Shown: positions 37,595 through 46,542 of the stretch, piece by piece
Position numbering within the stretch: position 1 is the stretch's first letter
Layout: every line of letters starts with the position of its first letter
Source of the DNA: Candidatus Latescibacterota bacterium
GTDB lineage: Bacteria > Latescibacterota > UBA2968
Assembly (NCBI GenBank): GCA_965208125.1
Contig: OZ242320.1
Span: forward strand, 3,872,001 to 3,936,000
Direction: 5' to 3'
Length of the DNA stretch: 64,000 nucleotides
Made by a program: the position numbers and the translations under genes
Notes under the pieces: model-generated
Told to the model about the DNA's origin: nothing
Database searches by the model: none
What the model saw: the letters and a program-made list of their open reading frames with translations, nothing else

Positions 37595-38992
37595 TCAGTC
37601 ATTTTCGAATAATTCCGTCAGTATTGCCACCGTCGCTTCGACGATGCGCTCCAACGAGTCCGGCGCAAACTTGGCCCAGTAGGTGCAGTTGGCGTTGGTT
37701 TCGTGCCCTGGTCTTGCGCAGGCGTCGCTCGTGGGGAGGTAGCCGACGTATTGCGTGGACATGTGAGCGATGAAGGTGAGCTTCGCAGGCGACCTGGTCT
37801 TAATCTCCAATTGACCTTCCACGAACGGCTCGCCGGGCAGAGAAATGATAGCCATGTCGCCGATGCGGAAGACCTGGATTTCATACATGAATTGCGGCTC
37901 ACGATTTCGGCAAAGCTCGATGCTTTTCGTCGATGCGGCATGAAACCATGTGGGATCTACTTCGCCGTTGTCTTGTAGTTTCAGCGTTGGGTGTTCGGCC
38001 AGAATGCGGTTGACCTGGTCTTGCCGATCGTTGGGAATATCGCGATACGCCAGAGGGATTTTTTTGAAACGCCAATCGATCGAATCAACGTCTGCAAAGC
38101 TCAGCGATTCGATGACGGCCTGTGTGGTGTCCGCCAATTCATTCCCCATGCGCACGTGGTCGGGCGTGAAGTTGGGGGTAAAGGCAGGCCATGGATTGAC
38201 GTTGCCACAACATCCGTTGATGACCATGGGCGGGCAAGTCAGACTGTTCAGGTCTTTGACTTTTGCGCTCCACGCGCCGGGCCAGTCGGCGCAGACGGTA
38301 TTTTTTTCCCGAGCAAACACGTTGACCGGATGACAGGTAAAGTGCAGCAGCATCGCGGCCACATCACCCGCGGCCGATTGCGCGCACCACACACCCACCT
38401 GTGGGTCGGCAGGGCCTTCCATGTAAACGATGTCTGTCGGCCCCAGGGGTTTGGCGTCACTGGTGAAGGGCCACGGCATGCAGATATTGCCGCCGCGCAT
38501 CACGCCACGCCGATTAAAGGCCAGGTCGTCGCGAACGGCATGCCCCATGGCGACCTGCACTGGCGTTAACGCATCGTTCGCTTCCCGGATCGCGCGGGTC
38601 GCGCCGGCGACGGCCTGCTTCGTATAAGCGGCTTCACTACCGGTGATGTGCTCCTGATTAGCTCTCAGGTCAAGCGGGAAATCCGGGTCGAGCATGAGGG
38701 CGCCGCAACTCGGTGCCGAGTGATTCTGCAACGAATGCACCATCACGGCGTGGGGTTCAAAGCCCAGCGCGACAGCGCTTTCTCGAATGGCCCGGGTGTA
38801 GGGCAAAGTAACCGCCAACGTGTCTAACGTGATGATACACAATTTCGCGTCTTTGGCCTGGGCGACCATCACTTTGGCGTAAAGTGGATCGAGGATTTTT
38901 CGAGCAGGGCGGTGTTCTCCCATGCCGCTTCCGGCCAGGTGCGTGCCCAAAGGCGGTGTGATGCCGACGGCGGCTTGGCCTATTTGAAGCAT
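37595..38992 (-). CDS. Neutral/alkaline ceramidase-fold amidohydrolase (QxH variant), close paralog of 27892..29313
   Basis: ITPP, DPLYAK, LQNHSAP, AVRDDLAFNRRGV, HFTCHPVNVFA, NGCCGNVNPWPAF, PGEPFVEGQLEIK. Confidence 0.78.
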   Translation of the reverse strand: MLQIGQAAVGITPPLGTHLAGSGMGEHRPARKILDPLYAKVMVAQAKDAKLCIITLDTLAVTLPYTRAIRESAVALGFEPHAVMVHSLQNHSAPSCGALMLDPDFPLDLRANQEHITGSEAAYTKQAVAGATRAIREANDALTPVQVAMGHAVRDDLAFNRRGVMRGGNICMPWPFTSDAKPLGPTDIVYMEGPADPQVGVWCAQSAAGDVAAMLLHFTCHPVNVFAREKNTVCADWPGAWSAKVKDLNSLTCPPMVINGCCGNVNPWPAFTPNFTPDHVRMGNELADTTQAVIESLSFADVDSIDWRFKKIPLAYRDIPNDRQDQVNRILAEHPTLKLQDNGEVDPTWFHAASTKSIELCRNREPQFMYEIQVFRIGDMAIISLPGEPFVEGQLEIKTRSPAKLTFIAHMSTQYVGYLPTSDACARPGHETNANCTYWAKFAPDSLERIVEATVAILTELFEND

Positions 38993-39211
38993 AGCACAAC
39001 ATCCTTGACGGGGAATGACCGGGTTTTTGGCTGAATTAATTCAATATACTCTGTATTTATGGTGAGTAATACTGAAATCGAACTGGGTAAGGCAAGCGTT
39101 ATTTGAATTATAACTTGCACCATCACCCCATCAGGGATAAATTGCAGACGAAGGTCGTTTAACCTATCCATATCGTCATAGGAATAAAAGCCGAGATCAC
39201 TAATTATCTTT

Positions 39212-40048
39212 ATGCACTGGCTCTTTTTTTCTATTATCCTCGACTTCGGTTTTGTCCAGCTTTTCAAGCTGGGACAAAGACGCGGCTGTTACGCGCCAGT
39301 GGTTGTTTCTGTAAACTACCTCGTCTTGGCTCTCGCAATTGCCATTTATCTCTTTGTTACCGATGCGTGGACATTTCCCCGTCTTGCCCTTTATACGGGG
39401 TTGGGAACTGGTACGGTTTTTATCAGTTCCATGTTGCTGATGAATCACGCGCTTACCCTCGCGCCTATCGGTTCTGTGGTTACGGCTTTTCGAATGTCCA
39501 TTGTCGTGCCCATTGTGCTGGGTATTTATCTCTGGGGCGAGTCTATGGCCCCAACGCAGTTTGTGGGGCTGCTTCTCGCGCTCAGTGCTCTGGCACTTAT
39601 GACTTCTCATCCGGGCAGAACCGCGCAAGTCAGAGGAATAAGAGCGTTTGGGTTGCTTATCGCGGTTTGTCTCTGTCAGGGTATAAGCCATACGTGCTTG
39701 CGATCTGTTCACTACAATGGTCTCGATCCCGTCTATTTACATGTCTTGATGTTCATCGGAGCAACCGCTGGACTGATAGGTGGTGTTGTCATTGCCCTGA
39801 AAAAACACCGACCACAAGGACCTGCGGTCAAACTCGGCGTTTTCATCGGTCTTTACAATGTCCTGGCGCTTTGCGTCATTATGACCGCATTAAGCAAGTT
39901 GCCAGGCACGCTTTTTTTTCCGACATTGGGATGTAGCGTTGTTGTGCTGGATAACCTCTTTGCCCATTTCTACTGGAAAGAACGCCTCGCCCGACCCGCG
40001 ATAGCCGGTGTGGGGATCGCTGTTCTTGCCGTTCTTCTGGTTTTGTGA
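39212..40048 (+). CDS. DMT/EamA family membrane transporter
   Basis: About 10 TM helices in two repeats (..LWGE.. / ..YWKE..). Confidence 0.75.
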   Translation: MHWLFFSIILDFGFVQLFKLGQRRGCYAPVVVSVNYLVLALAIAIYLFVTDAWTFPRLALYTGLGTGTVFISSMLLMNHALTLAPIGSVVTAFRMSIVVPIVLGIYLWGESMAPTQFVGLLLALSALALMTSHPGRTAQVRGIRAFGLLIAVCLCQGISHTCLRSVHYNGLDPVYLHVLMFIGATAGLIGGVVIALKKHRPQGPAVKLGVFIGLYNVLALCVIMTALSKLPGTLFFPTLGCSVVVLDNLFAHFYWKERLARPAIAGVGIAVLAVLLVL

Positions 40049-40061
40049 ACAGGAGCTTTTT

Positions 40062-41399
40062 ATGAGCCGACCCAATATTGTTTTTGTATTCGCCGATGAC
40101 TGGGGATGGGGCGATTTGAGTTGTTATGGACATCCCCATGCCAGGACGCCAAATCTGGACCGCCTCGCCGCACAGGGTACTCTTTTTTCTCAATTCTACG
40201 TTTGCTCTGGGGTTTGTTCCCCAAGCCGTGCCGCTGTTATGACCGGGCGTTTTCCAGCGCACTGGGGCATACACGGGCATTTTGCGCAGCACGAACAAAA
40301 CGCGTCACGGGGCATGCCCAATTTTCTCGATCCCGATGCGGTTACAGTTACTGGTCTGTTACAACAAAGCGGTTACGCAGTGGGACACTTTGGCAAGTGG
40401 CATCTCGGTAGCGGCAAGGGCGCGCCCGCGCCTTATGATTACGGTATTGACGAGAGTAAAATTAATGTGGGAAATGGCCCGTTGCTCGATTTTACCGATT
40501 TGCAGACTGGCGAGGGCCGCAGCCGCTCTACAGAGGTGATTATTGACGAAACGATTGGTTTTATTGAGCGCAACAAAAACGAGCCTTTTTTTGTTCAGGC
40601 ATGGCTCAACGATACCCACGCGATTCTCGATCCGACTGAAGAACAGATGGAGCCTTACAAGCAATTCACGGCGAATGGTCTGGAAGACAAACACAAGGGC
40701 GCGTTGCGGATTTACTATTCGGTTGTTACCAATGCAGACCGCCACATTGGCCGCCTGATGGATAAACTCGACGAATTGAATTTGAGCGATAATACCATTG
40801 TCATTTTTTCTGCGGACAACGGTCCCGAAGATATCCATATTCGCAATGCCACGCATAGCGGCGTCGGTTCTTCCGGTCCTTTTCGCGGTCGCAAACGCAG
40901 TCTCTATGAAGGCGGTGTGCGTACGCCTTTTATTATTCGCTGGCCCAATGGCGTTTCTGCCGGGCGGATTGATAACGATACGCCGATTTGCGCGGTCGAT
41001 TTTTTGCCCACTTTTTGCAATCTGGCTGGCGTTGATATCGGTGGTCTGGTGCTCGACGGGGAAGATATGACCGATGCATTGCGCGGTCACAGTGTTATAA
41101 GAAAAAAACCGCTTATGTGGGAATGGCGGTTCAATATTGCCGGACATTGTTTGCACAAAAGCCCCATGCTTTCCATCCGCGAAGGCGATTGGAAATTGCT
41201 TTTGAATCCCGACCGCAGCCGCGTCGAACTTTTCAATATTCCGCGAGATCCTATGGAACTCAACAATCGCGCAGAATATATGCCAGAGCGCGTCGCGGAA
41301 ATGGCTGATCGGGTGCTGGCATGGCAAGATACCCTGCCCGAAGGTCCGATTGATGCCAATGCGGGGTCCAATGCGTATCCCTGGCCCGGCACGTTTTAG
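40062..41399 (+). CDS. Cys-type sulfatase (arylsulfatase/GalNAc-6-sulfatase-like), no signal peptide
   Basis: PNIVFVFADDWGWGD, CSPSR, GKWHLG, ADNG, LYEGGVR; ATG 40062 after AGGAG. Confidence 0.92.
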   Translation: MSRPNIVFVFADDWGWGDLSCYGHPHARTPNLDRLAAQGTLFSQFYVCSGVCSPSRAAVMTGRFPAHWGIHGHFAQHEQNASRGMPNFLDPDAVTVTGLLQQSGYAVGHFGKWHLGSGKGAPAPYDYGIDESKINVGNGPLLDFTDLQTGEGRSRSTEVIIDETIGFIERNKNEPFFVQAWLNDTHAILDPTEEQMEPYKQFTANGLEDKHKGALRIYYSVVTNADRHIGRLMDKLDELNLSDNTIVIFSADNGPEDIHIRNATHSGVGSSGPFRGRKRSLYEGGVRTPFIIRWPNGVSAGRIDNDTPICAVDFLPTFCNLAGVDIGGLVLDGEDMTDALRGHSVIRKKPLMWEWRFNIAGHCLHKSPMLSIREGDWKLLLNPDRSRVELFNIPRDPMELNNRAEYMPERVAEMADRVLAWQDTLPEGPIDANAGSNAYPWPGTF

Positions 41400-41402
41400 A
41401 AT

Positions 41403-41804
41403 ATGGACGCACGTAAAACTGTACACGCCTATTTTGACGCGCTTACTGCGGAAGACGCCCGGCGATTGATCGGTCTTATGTCTCGTGCGCCCTATTATGT
41501 CAAAATAGGTACAGATGAAAACGAATATATCCAGGGTTGTGAAAATATGCCCGAGTACTATCGTCACCATGTGGATAGTACAGAGGATTTTGCCATTACA
41601 TGCGATTATCTCGATGTTCAGGAGCGCGAGGCAGTTGCATGGTTTTACACACGTCAGACCTGGAATCTCAAATGGCAGGGCCAGCGCGAACAATTGGCTA
41701 TGCGTTTGACGGGTGTTCTCGAAAAAGAAGATGATCAGTGGAAATTTGTTCAGATCCACGCTTCACTCGGTGTACCTGAATCAGGAGATATGCACGATGG
41801 ATGA
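41403..41804 (+). CDS. SnoaL/NTF2-like protein
   Basis: IGTD.NE..G, R.TGVLEK...WKFVQIHAS pattern. Confidence 0.8.
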   Translation: MDARKTVHAYFDALTAEDARRLIGLMSRAPYYVKIGTDENEYIQGCENMPEYYRHHVDSTEDFAITCDYLDVQEREAVAWFYTRQTWNLKWQGQREQLAMRLTGVLEKEDDQWKFVQIHASLGVPESGDMHDG

Positions 41805-43020
41805 ACTCGCCATTAACGGTGGAGAAAAGGCCAAAACCGTTCCGTACAATCAACCGAATAAATACACAGATGAAGAGCGCGAATTGTTGCTCGAGGTTCT
41901 CGATTCGGGTAAACTGATGGGGCCGGATGGAAAAGTCGCGGATTTTGAAGCTGAAATTTGTCGCGCATTCGATGTCAAGCACGCGATTATGGTGACATCT
42001 GGCACGGCTGCACTGCAAACAGCCCTTGCCGCGCTCGGAGTTTCTGAAGGCGATGAGGTTATTACCACGCCTATGACGGATTTTGGCACGACTGCGGCGA
42101 TACTCGCGCTGCACGCTATCCCGATTTTTTCTGATATCGATTTGTCAACCCGCTTGCTCGATCCGCAAAGGGTGCGCGAGAAAATTACAGATAAGACCAG
42201 GGTTATTATTACCGTCCACATGGCCGGTATGCCGTGTGAGATGGATGCGTTTCTGGAGATTAGCGAGGAAACAGGGGTTAAAATCCTCGAAGACTGCGCG
42301 CAGGCACACGGCGCGACTTATCGGGGGCGGTTTGTCGGTGCGATTGGACACGCCGCGGGATTTTCCATGAATGAGTCCAAGCAGATTTCCACTGGCGATG
42401 GCGGTTTTGTCACGACCAATGACGATGAAACCGCTGAAATCGCCCGTCTTTTCCGAGATAAAACCTATTTGCGTGGTCAGAAACTCGAACGCGGTGTGCA
42501 ACCTATTCCTTTTTTGGGCACTAATTTGCGTCCGACCTGCTTGCAAGCCGCTGTCGCTATTGCGCAACTCCACAAGCTCGAGTATCTCGTTGCCCGCCGC
42601 GATCAGATTGTTAGGCGATACTATGCCGAACTCGGGGATCTGCCTCATCTCGATTTTCCGAAAATTGCCGATAAAGCCCACCCGTCGTGGTGGCCGCTTG
42701 CCATTCGCTATACGGGTAGCACGCCAACGCGGGATGAACTCGTCGCTATTTTTCGCGCCGAGGGCATTTCCATCAATACGAGCATGTCCGCAGTGAAAAA
42801 TATTTTACGCACGGAAGTCATTCAGAAACGCAAGTACTATCCTTTAACGGACGATATTCCGATATTCTGGCAATATACCGCGTACAATCCCGACGACTGC
42901 CCCAATGTCGATACCCTGCAAGCCACTTGTCTGCGCCTTCCCGTGAATGAACGCTATACGGACGAGGATATTGATCAGACGATTGCGGCGGTGAAGAAGG
43001 TTTGGGCGCATTATTTTTAG
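41797..43020 (+). CDS. DegT/DnrJ/EryC1/StrS family PLP aminotransferase
   Basis: LAINGG, SGTAAL, GDEVI, EDCAQAHGA, FSMNESKQISTGDGG (PLP Lys); ATG 41797 after AGGAG. Confidence 0.92.
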   Translation: MDELAINGGEKAKTVPYNQPNKYTDEERELLLEVLDSGKLMGPDGKVADFEAEICRAFDVKHAIMVTSGTAALQTALAALGVSEGDEVITTPMTDFGTTAAILALHAIPIFSDIDLSTRLLDPQRVREKITDKTRVIITVHMAGMPCEMDAFLEISEETGVKILEDCAQAHGATYRGRFVGAIGHAAGFSMNESKQISTGDGGFVTTNDDETAEIARLFRDKTYLRGQKLERGVQPIPFLGTNLRPTCLQAAVAIAQLHKLEYLVARRDQIVRRYYAELGDLPHLDFPKIADKAHPSWWPLAIRYTGSTPTRDELVAIFRAEGISINTSMSAVKNILRTEVIQKRKYYPLTDDIPIFWQYTAYNPDDCPNVDTLQATCLRLPVNERYTDEDIDQTIAAVKKVWAHYF

Positions 43021-43104
43021 ATAGCGTTGTTTGTTGTCTTGACCGATCATTCAGAAGTGAGTAAATTGTCCATCGCAAATCTACAATAACTGGTAAAGCT
43101 AACC

Positions 43105-43926
43105 ATGCCTATAGATATTGAATCCGGCATTCGCCGTCCCAAAATTGATATGCACTGCCATGTCTGGCTTATGGATGGGTGGGAGCAGTCCGCTGATCAT
43201 CTCGTCGCTTCGGGTGATATGCTCGGTATTACCGAATACTGGTGTTCCTCCGTTATCCAGCAGGGCATTCTGGCACCTGTTGAGGATGTTCCTCCTCACA
43301 ACAATACTATTTTGAGCGCGATGGCGCGCCATCCCAAACGCATTCGCGGCTGGTGTTTTGTCATTCCCGGTCATTTTCAAGGTGCTATAGACGAAGCAGA
43401 GCGCTGTCTTGATGCGGGCATGATTGGCATTAAGCTCTACAATCAGTACCGCATCGATGATCCGGTTTTGCACCCTGTTCTCGAATTGGCGAGCGAACGC
43501 CGCGTACCCATTCTTCAGCATGCGGGATATCCCGTTCCCGAACACCGCGCAAGCCAGCCGCTCATTTCACACGGTATTCATTTTAGCGAAGCCAGTGAAA
43601 AATATCCCGATGCGATTCTCGTTCACGCCCATATCGGGGGTGGGGGCGATTGGGAACACACTGTGCGCGAAATGCGCCAGGCGTCTCCCAATGTTTATGT
43701 CGATGTGTCGGGTAGCAACCTGGACGATGGACAGGTCGAATACGCGGTTTCAGAACTCGGTGTCGAGCGCGTGCTTTTTGGCACCGATGGCACGATGGCT
43801 GGCTCAGTGGGCAAAGTTCTCGATGCAGATCTTACAGAGGACGAACGCGAACACATTTTTTGGACCAATGCCGAGCGCATTCTCGCGCAACAGGGGGCTA
43901 CGCCTACAGAACCTCGTAACAATTAA
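43105..43926 (+). CDS. Amidohydrolase_2 family metallohydrolase (intact metal ligands)
   Basis: IDMHCH, GIKL, LQHAG, HAHIGGG, YVDVSG, LFGTD. Confidence 0.85.
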   Translation: MPIDIESGIRRPKIDMHCHVWLMDGWEQSADHLVASGDMLGITEYWCSSVIQQGILAPVEDVPPHNNTILSAMARHPKRIRGWCFVIPGHFQGAIDEAERCLDAGMIGIKLYNQYRIDDPVLHPVLELASERRVPILQHAGYPVPEHRASQPLISHGIHFSEASEKYPDAILVHAHIGGGGDWEHTVREMRQASPNVYVDVSGSNLDDGQVEYAVSELGVERVLFGTDGTMAGSVGKVLDADLTEDEREHIFWTNAERILAQQGATPTEPRNN

Positions 43927-43942
43927 AGGAAGAAAACATCAA

Positions 43943-44740
43943 ATGCTTATAGATGTAAATGCCTGGCTCGGCACATGGCCTTTTCGTTCTCTGCGAGACA
44001 ATACACCCGATGCGCTTATCAAACGCCTCGACCGCTCGGGCATTGACAAAGCCGTTGTCTCTTATATCGAAGCCGCATTTCACAGGCATCCGCAATCGGC
44101 GAATGAACGGCTCGTCCGCGATGTTGAATCACATGGCGATCGCCTTATTCCAGTGGGTACTATTAATCCTCTGTCGCCGCATTGGGAGGATGATCTGACG
44201 TCCTGTATTAATCTCGGTATGAAGGGGATTCGCCTTTTTCCTCAATATCACAATTACCAGACCGATGGTGCTGAAAGCCGAAGCGTCGTTCAAGCCTGCG
44301 CTCAGTGCAATCTTCCGGTTTTTATTCCGCACAGACTCGAAGATGTTCGCCAACATCACTGGATGGACCCGGGCCAGAGTGTTGACCTGGCACAACTCGC
44401 CAATTTGATTGAGGCTGTACCCGATGCCGCGATTATTATACCGAATGCCCGTCCGCTCGCGCGGTCGCCGCTCTGGATGCGAGAGGATCTGCGCGATTTG
44501 AACTGGTACGTCGATCTTTCGCTGGCAGAAATTCACTATGGTCTGCACAAAAGTACCAATGCGATGAAGGATTTGGGATATTTGATTGAGGAAGGCGGTG
44601 CGAATCATATTCTCTTTGGCACGCATTTGCCCATTTCCTATGCTGGTCCGGCTCTTGTCAAACTCGCTATTCTGCCCGTCGATGAAGAGACGCTCGAAGA
44701 TATCAAATACCGTAAAGCTGCTAAACTTCTGAATCTTTAG
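43943..44740 (+). CDS. Amidohydrolase_2 fold protein with degenerate metal site
   Basis: ATG 43943 after AAGGA. DVNAW replaces DxHxH and FGTH replaces FGTD; GIRLFP.YH.Y. Confidence 0.75.
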   Translation: MLIDVNAWLGTWPFRSLRDNTPDALIKRLDRSGIDKAVVSYIEAAFHRHPQSANERLVRDVESHGDRLIPVGTINPLSPHWEDDLTSCINLGMKGIRLFPQYHNYQTDGAESRSVVQACAQCNLPVFIPHRLEDVRQHHWMDPGQSVDLAQLANLIEAVPDAAIIIPNARPLARSPLWMREDLRDLNWYVDLSLAEIHYGLHKSTNAMKDLGYLIEEGGANHILFGTHLPISYAGPALVKLAILPVDEETLEDIKYRKAAKLLNL

Positions 44741-44766
44741 ATTGTACCATCAAAATAGTGCAAACA

Positions 44767-44803
44767 AAATGCCCCTGTTTCTGCGAATGAAACAGGGGCA
44801 TTT
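44767..44803. terminator. Probable bidirectional intrinsic terminator
   Basis: Perfect 15-bp inverted repeat AAATGCCCCTGTTTC-7nt-GAAACAGGGGCATTT between convergent genes. Confidence 0.85.
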
Positions 44804-44826
44804 GAGTAAGTATCAAGGAGATTTAA

Positions 44827-46437
44827 TCACACTTCTCGACACGGCTTTCGCACGATGACGAGGTTGAGGGTGGGATCCTGAAGGGCGTCTCGGAAGACGC
44901 TACGCATATGGTCGTCGGTGTCTTGTTCCTGTACTTCGCGGACTCGCGACGCACCGCAGGCAAGGGCGAGGTCGCGCATGGTGACTTGCGGTCCGGCTTC
45001 GCCGTTTATTTCAACGCCCTGATCGGGAGTGGTTTGTCCGCCAGTGGTAAGCGAGCCTCCATTGTCGAGTACCATAACAATGGGTGTCGCACCTGTGGCG
45101 CGTGCATGGACGAGGGCATTGATGCCGCCGTGATAAAAGGCGGAGTCGCCACATATCGCAATGGTGCGTTCGGCAATGTCCGTTTTGCTCAGGCCACAGG
45201 CCACGCCAATGGCGGATCCCATCGAAAGTTTGGTGTCGAGCATAGGAGCGGCCATTACCACGCATCCCGGATCGGCAGATATAAAGGGGTTTTGACCGAG
45301 GGCATTGGCTTCTTCGCGCAGTGCAGTAAGGATTTCCGTGAAGGGGCAGCCAGCGCAGTGGTTTTTGCGAAAGGGTTTTTCGCTTTCCCAATTTTCTTCG
45401 GTGTAGCGCGTGGTTGGCGAGAAATCGGGGAGATAGTCGTCGAGTGCGTTTTGTATGTGCCAGCGGAAGAGTTCGCCCACGCTGGTGAGATGTCCCGTGC
45501 GTTTGCCAAGGATTGGCGGGGTAAAACCGGTGTCGTAACCAATGGCTTTAATGGCGTCTTCAACATAGGGATCGACTTCTTCAACGACGAGTACTTCGCT
45601 ACACTTTCCGAGAAAGTCCGCGATGAGTTTTTGCGGGAGGGGATACAGGGCACTGAGTTTGAGGATGGAGAGGTCAGATGTGTCGGCTCCGTCGAGTGCG
45701 TCGAGGAGTTTGGCGTGTACCATGCCACAGGCGATGATGCCTTTTTTTCCATCGCCATCTATGCTATTGAAGGGCAGGTCGCTAAATTGTGCGGTGGCGC
45801 GTGCGACTTTTTCGTGTAATTCTGCGTGGTTGCCTTCGGTTGTGCGAAGTGCCGATATCCAGCTCATTGGCTCGCGGTCGGGTTCACGGGTGGGGTGTTG
45901 CGCTGCGGGGCGAAAGTCGGAAAGAGCCTGCGTGCTGACGCTGTAACTTCTGGTCAGGCGCAATATCACGATGGATTGCAGGCTTTCTGAGTAGTCGAAA
46001 GCCCATTTTATCATGTCGCGGCCTTCCCCAGGCGTGGCGGGTTCGAGCATTGGAAGTTCGGCCAGGGGACCAAGGGTGCGTGTATCTTGTTCGTTTTGCG
46101 ATCCCCATGCGCCGGGGTCATCGCCCATGACAATGACGAGTCCGGCGTGTACACCGGTCATGTTGAGCACCATCAGGGTATCGAGTGCGACGTTCATGCC
46201 CACGCTTTTGAGGCATACGAGCGCGCGCTTGCCGCCCTGTGATACACCGGCAGCCATATCCAGGGCAATGCGTTCATTGATACACCATTCGGCATGGTGT
46301 CCGTGGTCTTTGGCCATTTCGGCCATGGCGTTAAATGTGTTTGTGCCGGGTGAGCCGGGATACCCGGTTACAACGCCGACGCCCGCTTCTACTGCACCCC
46401 AGGCCAGGGCGCGTTCTCCATCAATGGTTTGGGTCAT
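44827..46437 (-). CDS. iorA: Indolepyruvate ferredoxin oxidoreductase alpha-like TPP enzyme, lacking the C-terminal ferredoxin domain
   Basis: GYPGSP, NERIAL, KSVGMNVA.D, DDPG..SQNEQD, CAGCP, GDSAFYHGG..LDN...TGGQ; ends KPCREV; ATG 46437 after AGGAG. Confidence 0.82.
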   Translation of the reverse strand: MTQTIDGERALAWGAVEAGVGVVTGYPGSPGTNTFNAMAEMAKDHGHHAEWCINERIALDMAAGVSQGGKRALVCLKSVGMNVALDTLMVLNMTGVHAGLVIVMGDDPGAWGSQNEQDTRTLGPLAELPMLEPATPGEGRDMIKWAFDYSESLQSIVILRLTRSYSVSTQALSDFRPAAQHPTREPDREPMSWISALRTTEGNHAELHEKVARATAQFSDLPFNSIDGDGKKGIIACGMVHAKLLDALDGADTSDLSILKLSALYPLPQKLIADFLGKCSEVLVVEEVDPYVEDAIKAIGYDTGFTPPILGKRTGHLTSVGELFRWHIQNALDDYLPDFSPTTRYTEENWESEKPFRKNHCAGCPFTEILTALREEANALGQNPFISADPGCVVMAAPMLDTKLSMGSAIGVACGLSKTDIAERTIAICGDSAFYHGGINALVHARATGATPIVMVLDNGGSLTTGGQTTPDQGVEINGEAGPQVTMRDLALACGASRVREVQEQDTDDHMRSVFRDALQDPTLNLVIVRKPCREV

Positions 46438-46542
46438 TTTTGTACTCCTGAATGAAAAATCGGGTGATAACATTGGAAATATTAAAGTATGTGTAGGTGT
46501 ATTTGTCAAGTAGAGAAGGGGTTGTACGGCGATGGGATAAAA

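Noticed and set aside
38980-39267. 95-aa ORF in the AT-rich divergent intergenic region
   Set aside because: Overlaps both flanking starts and has no motif; more likely promoter DNA. No convincing -35/-10 pair could be assigned.
40359-41759. 466-aa minus-strand ORF
   Set aside because: Antisense to the sulfatase and SnoaL genes; no family motif.
43424-43942. Long N-terminal extension of the second amidohydrolase overlapping the first (possible frameshift fusion)
   Set aside because: The first gene is complete with its own stop; the second has an RBS and ATG at 43943; the extension is not protein-like.
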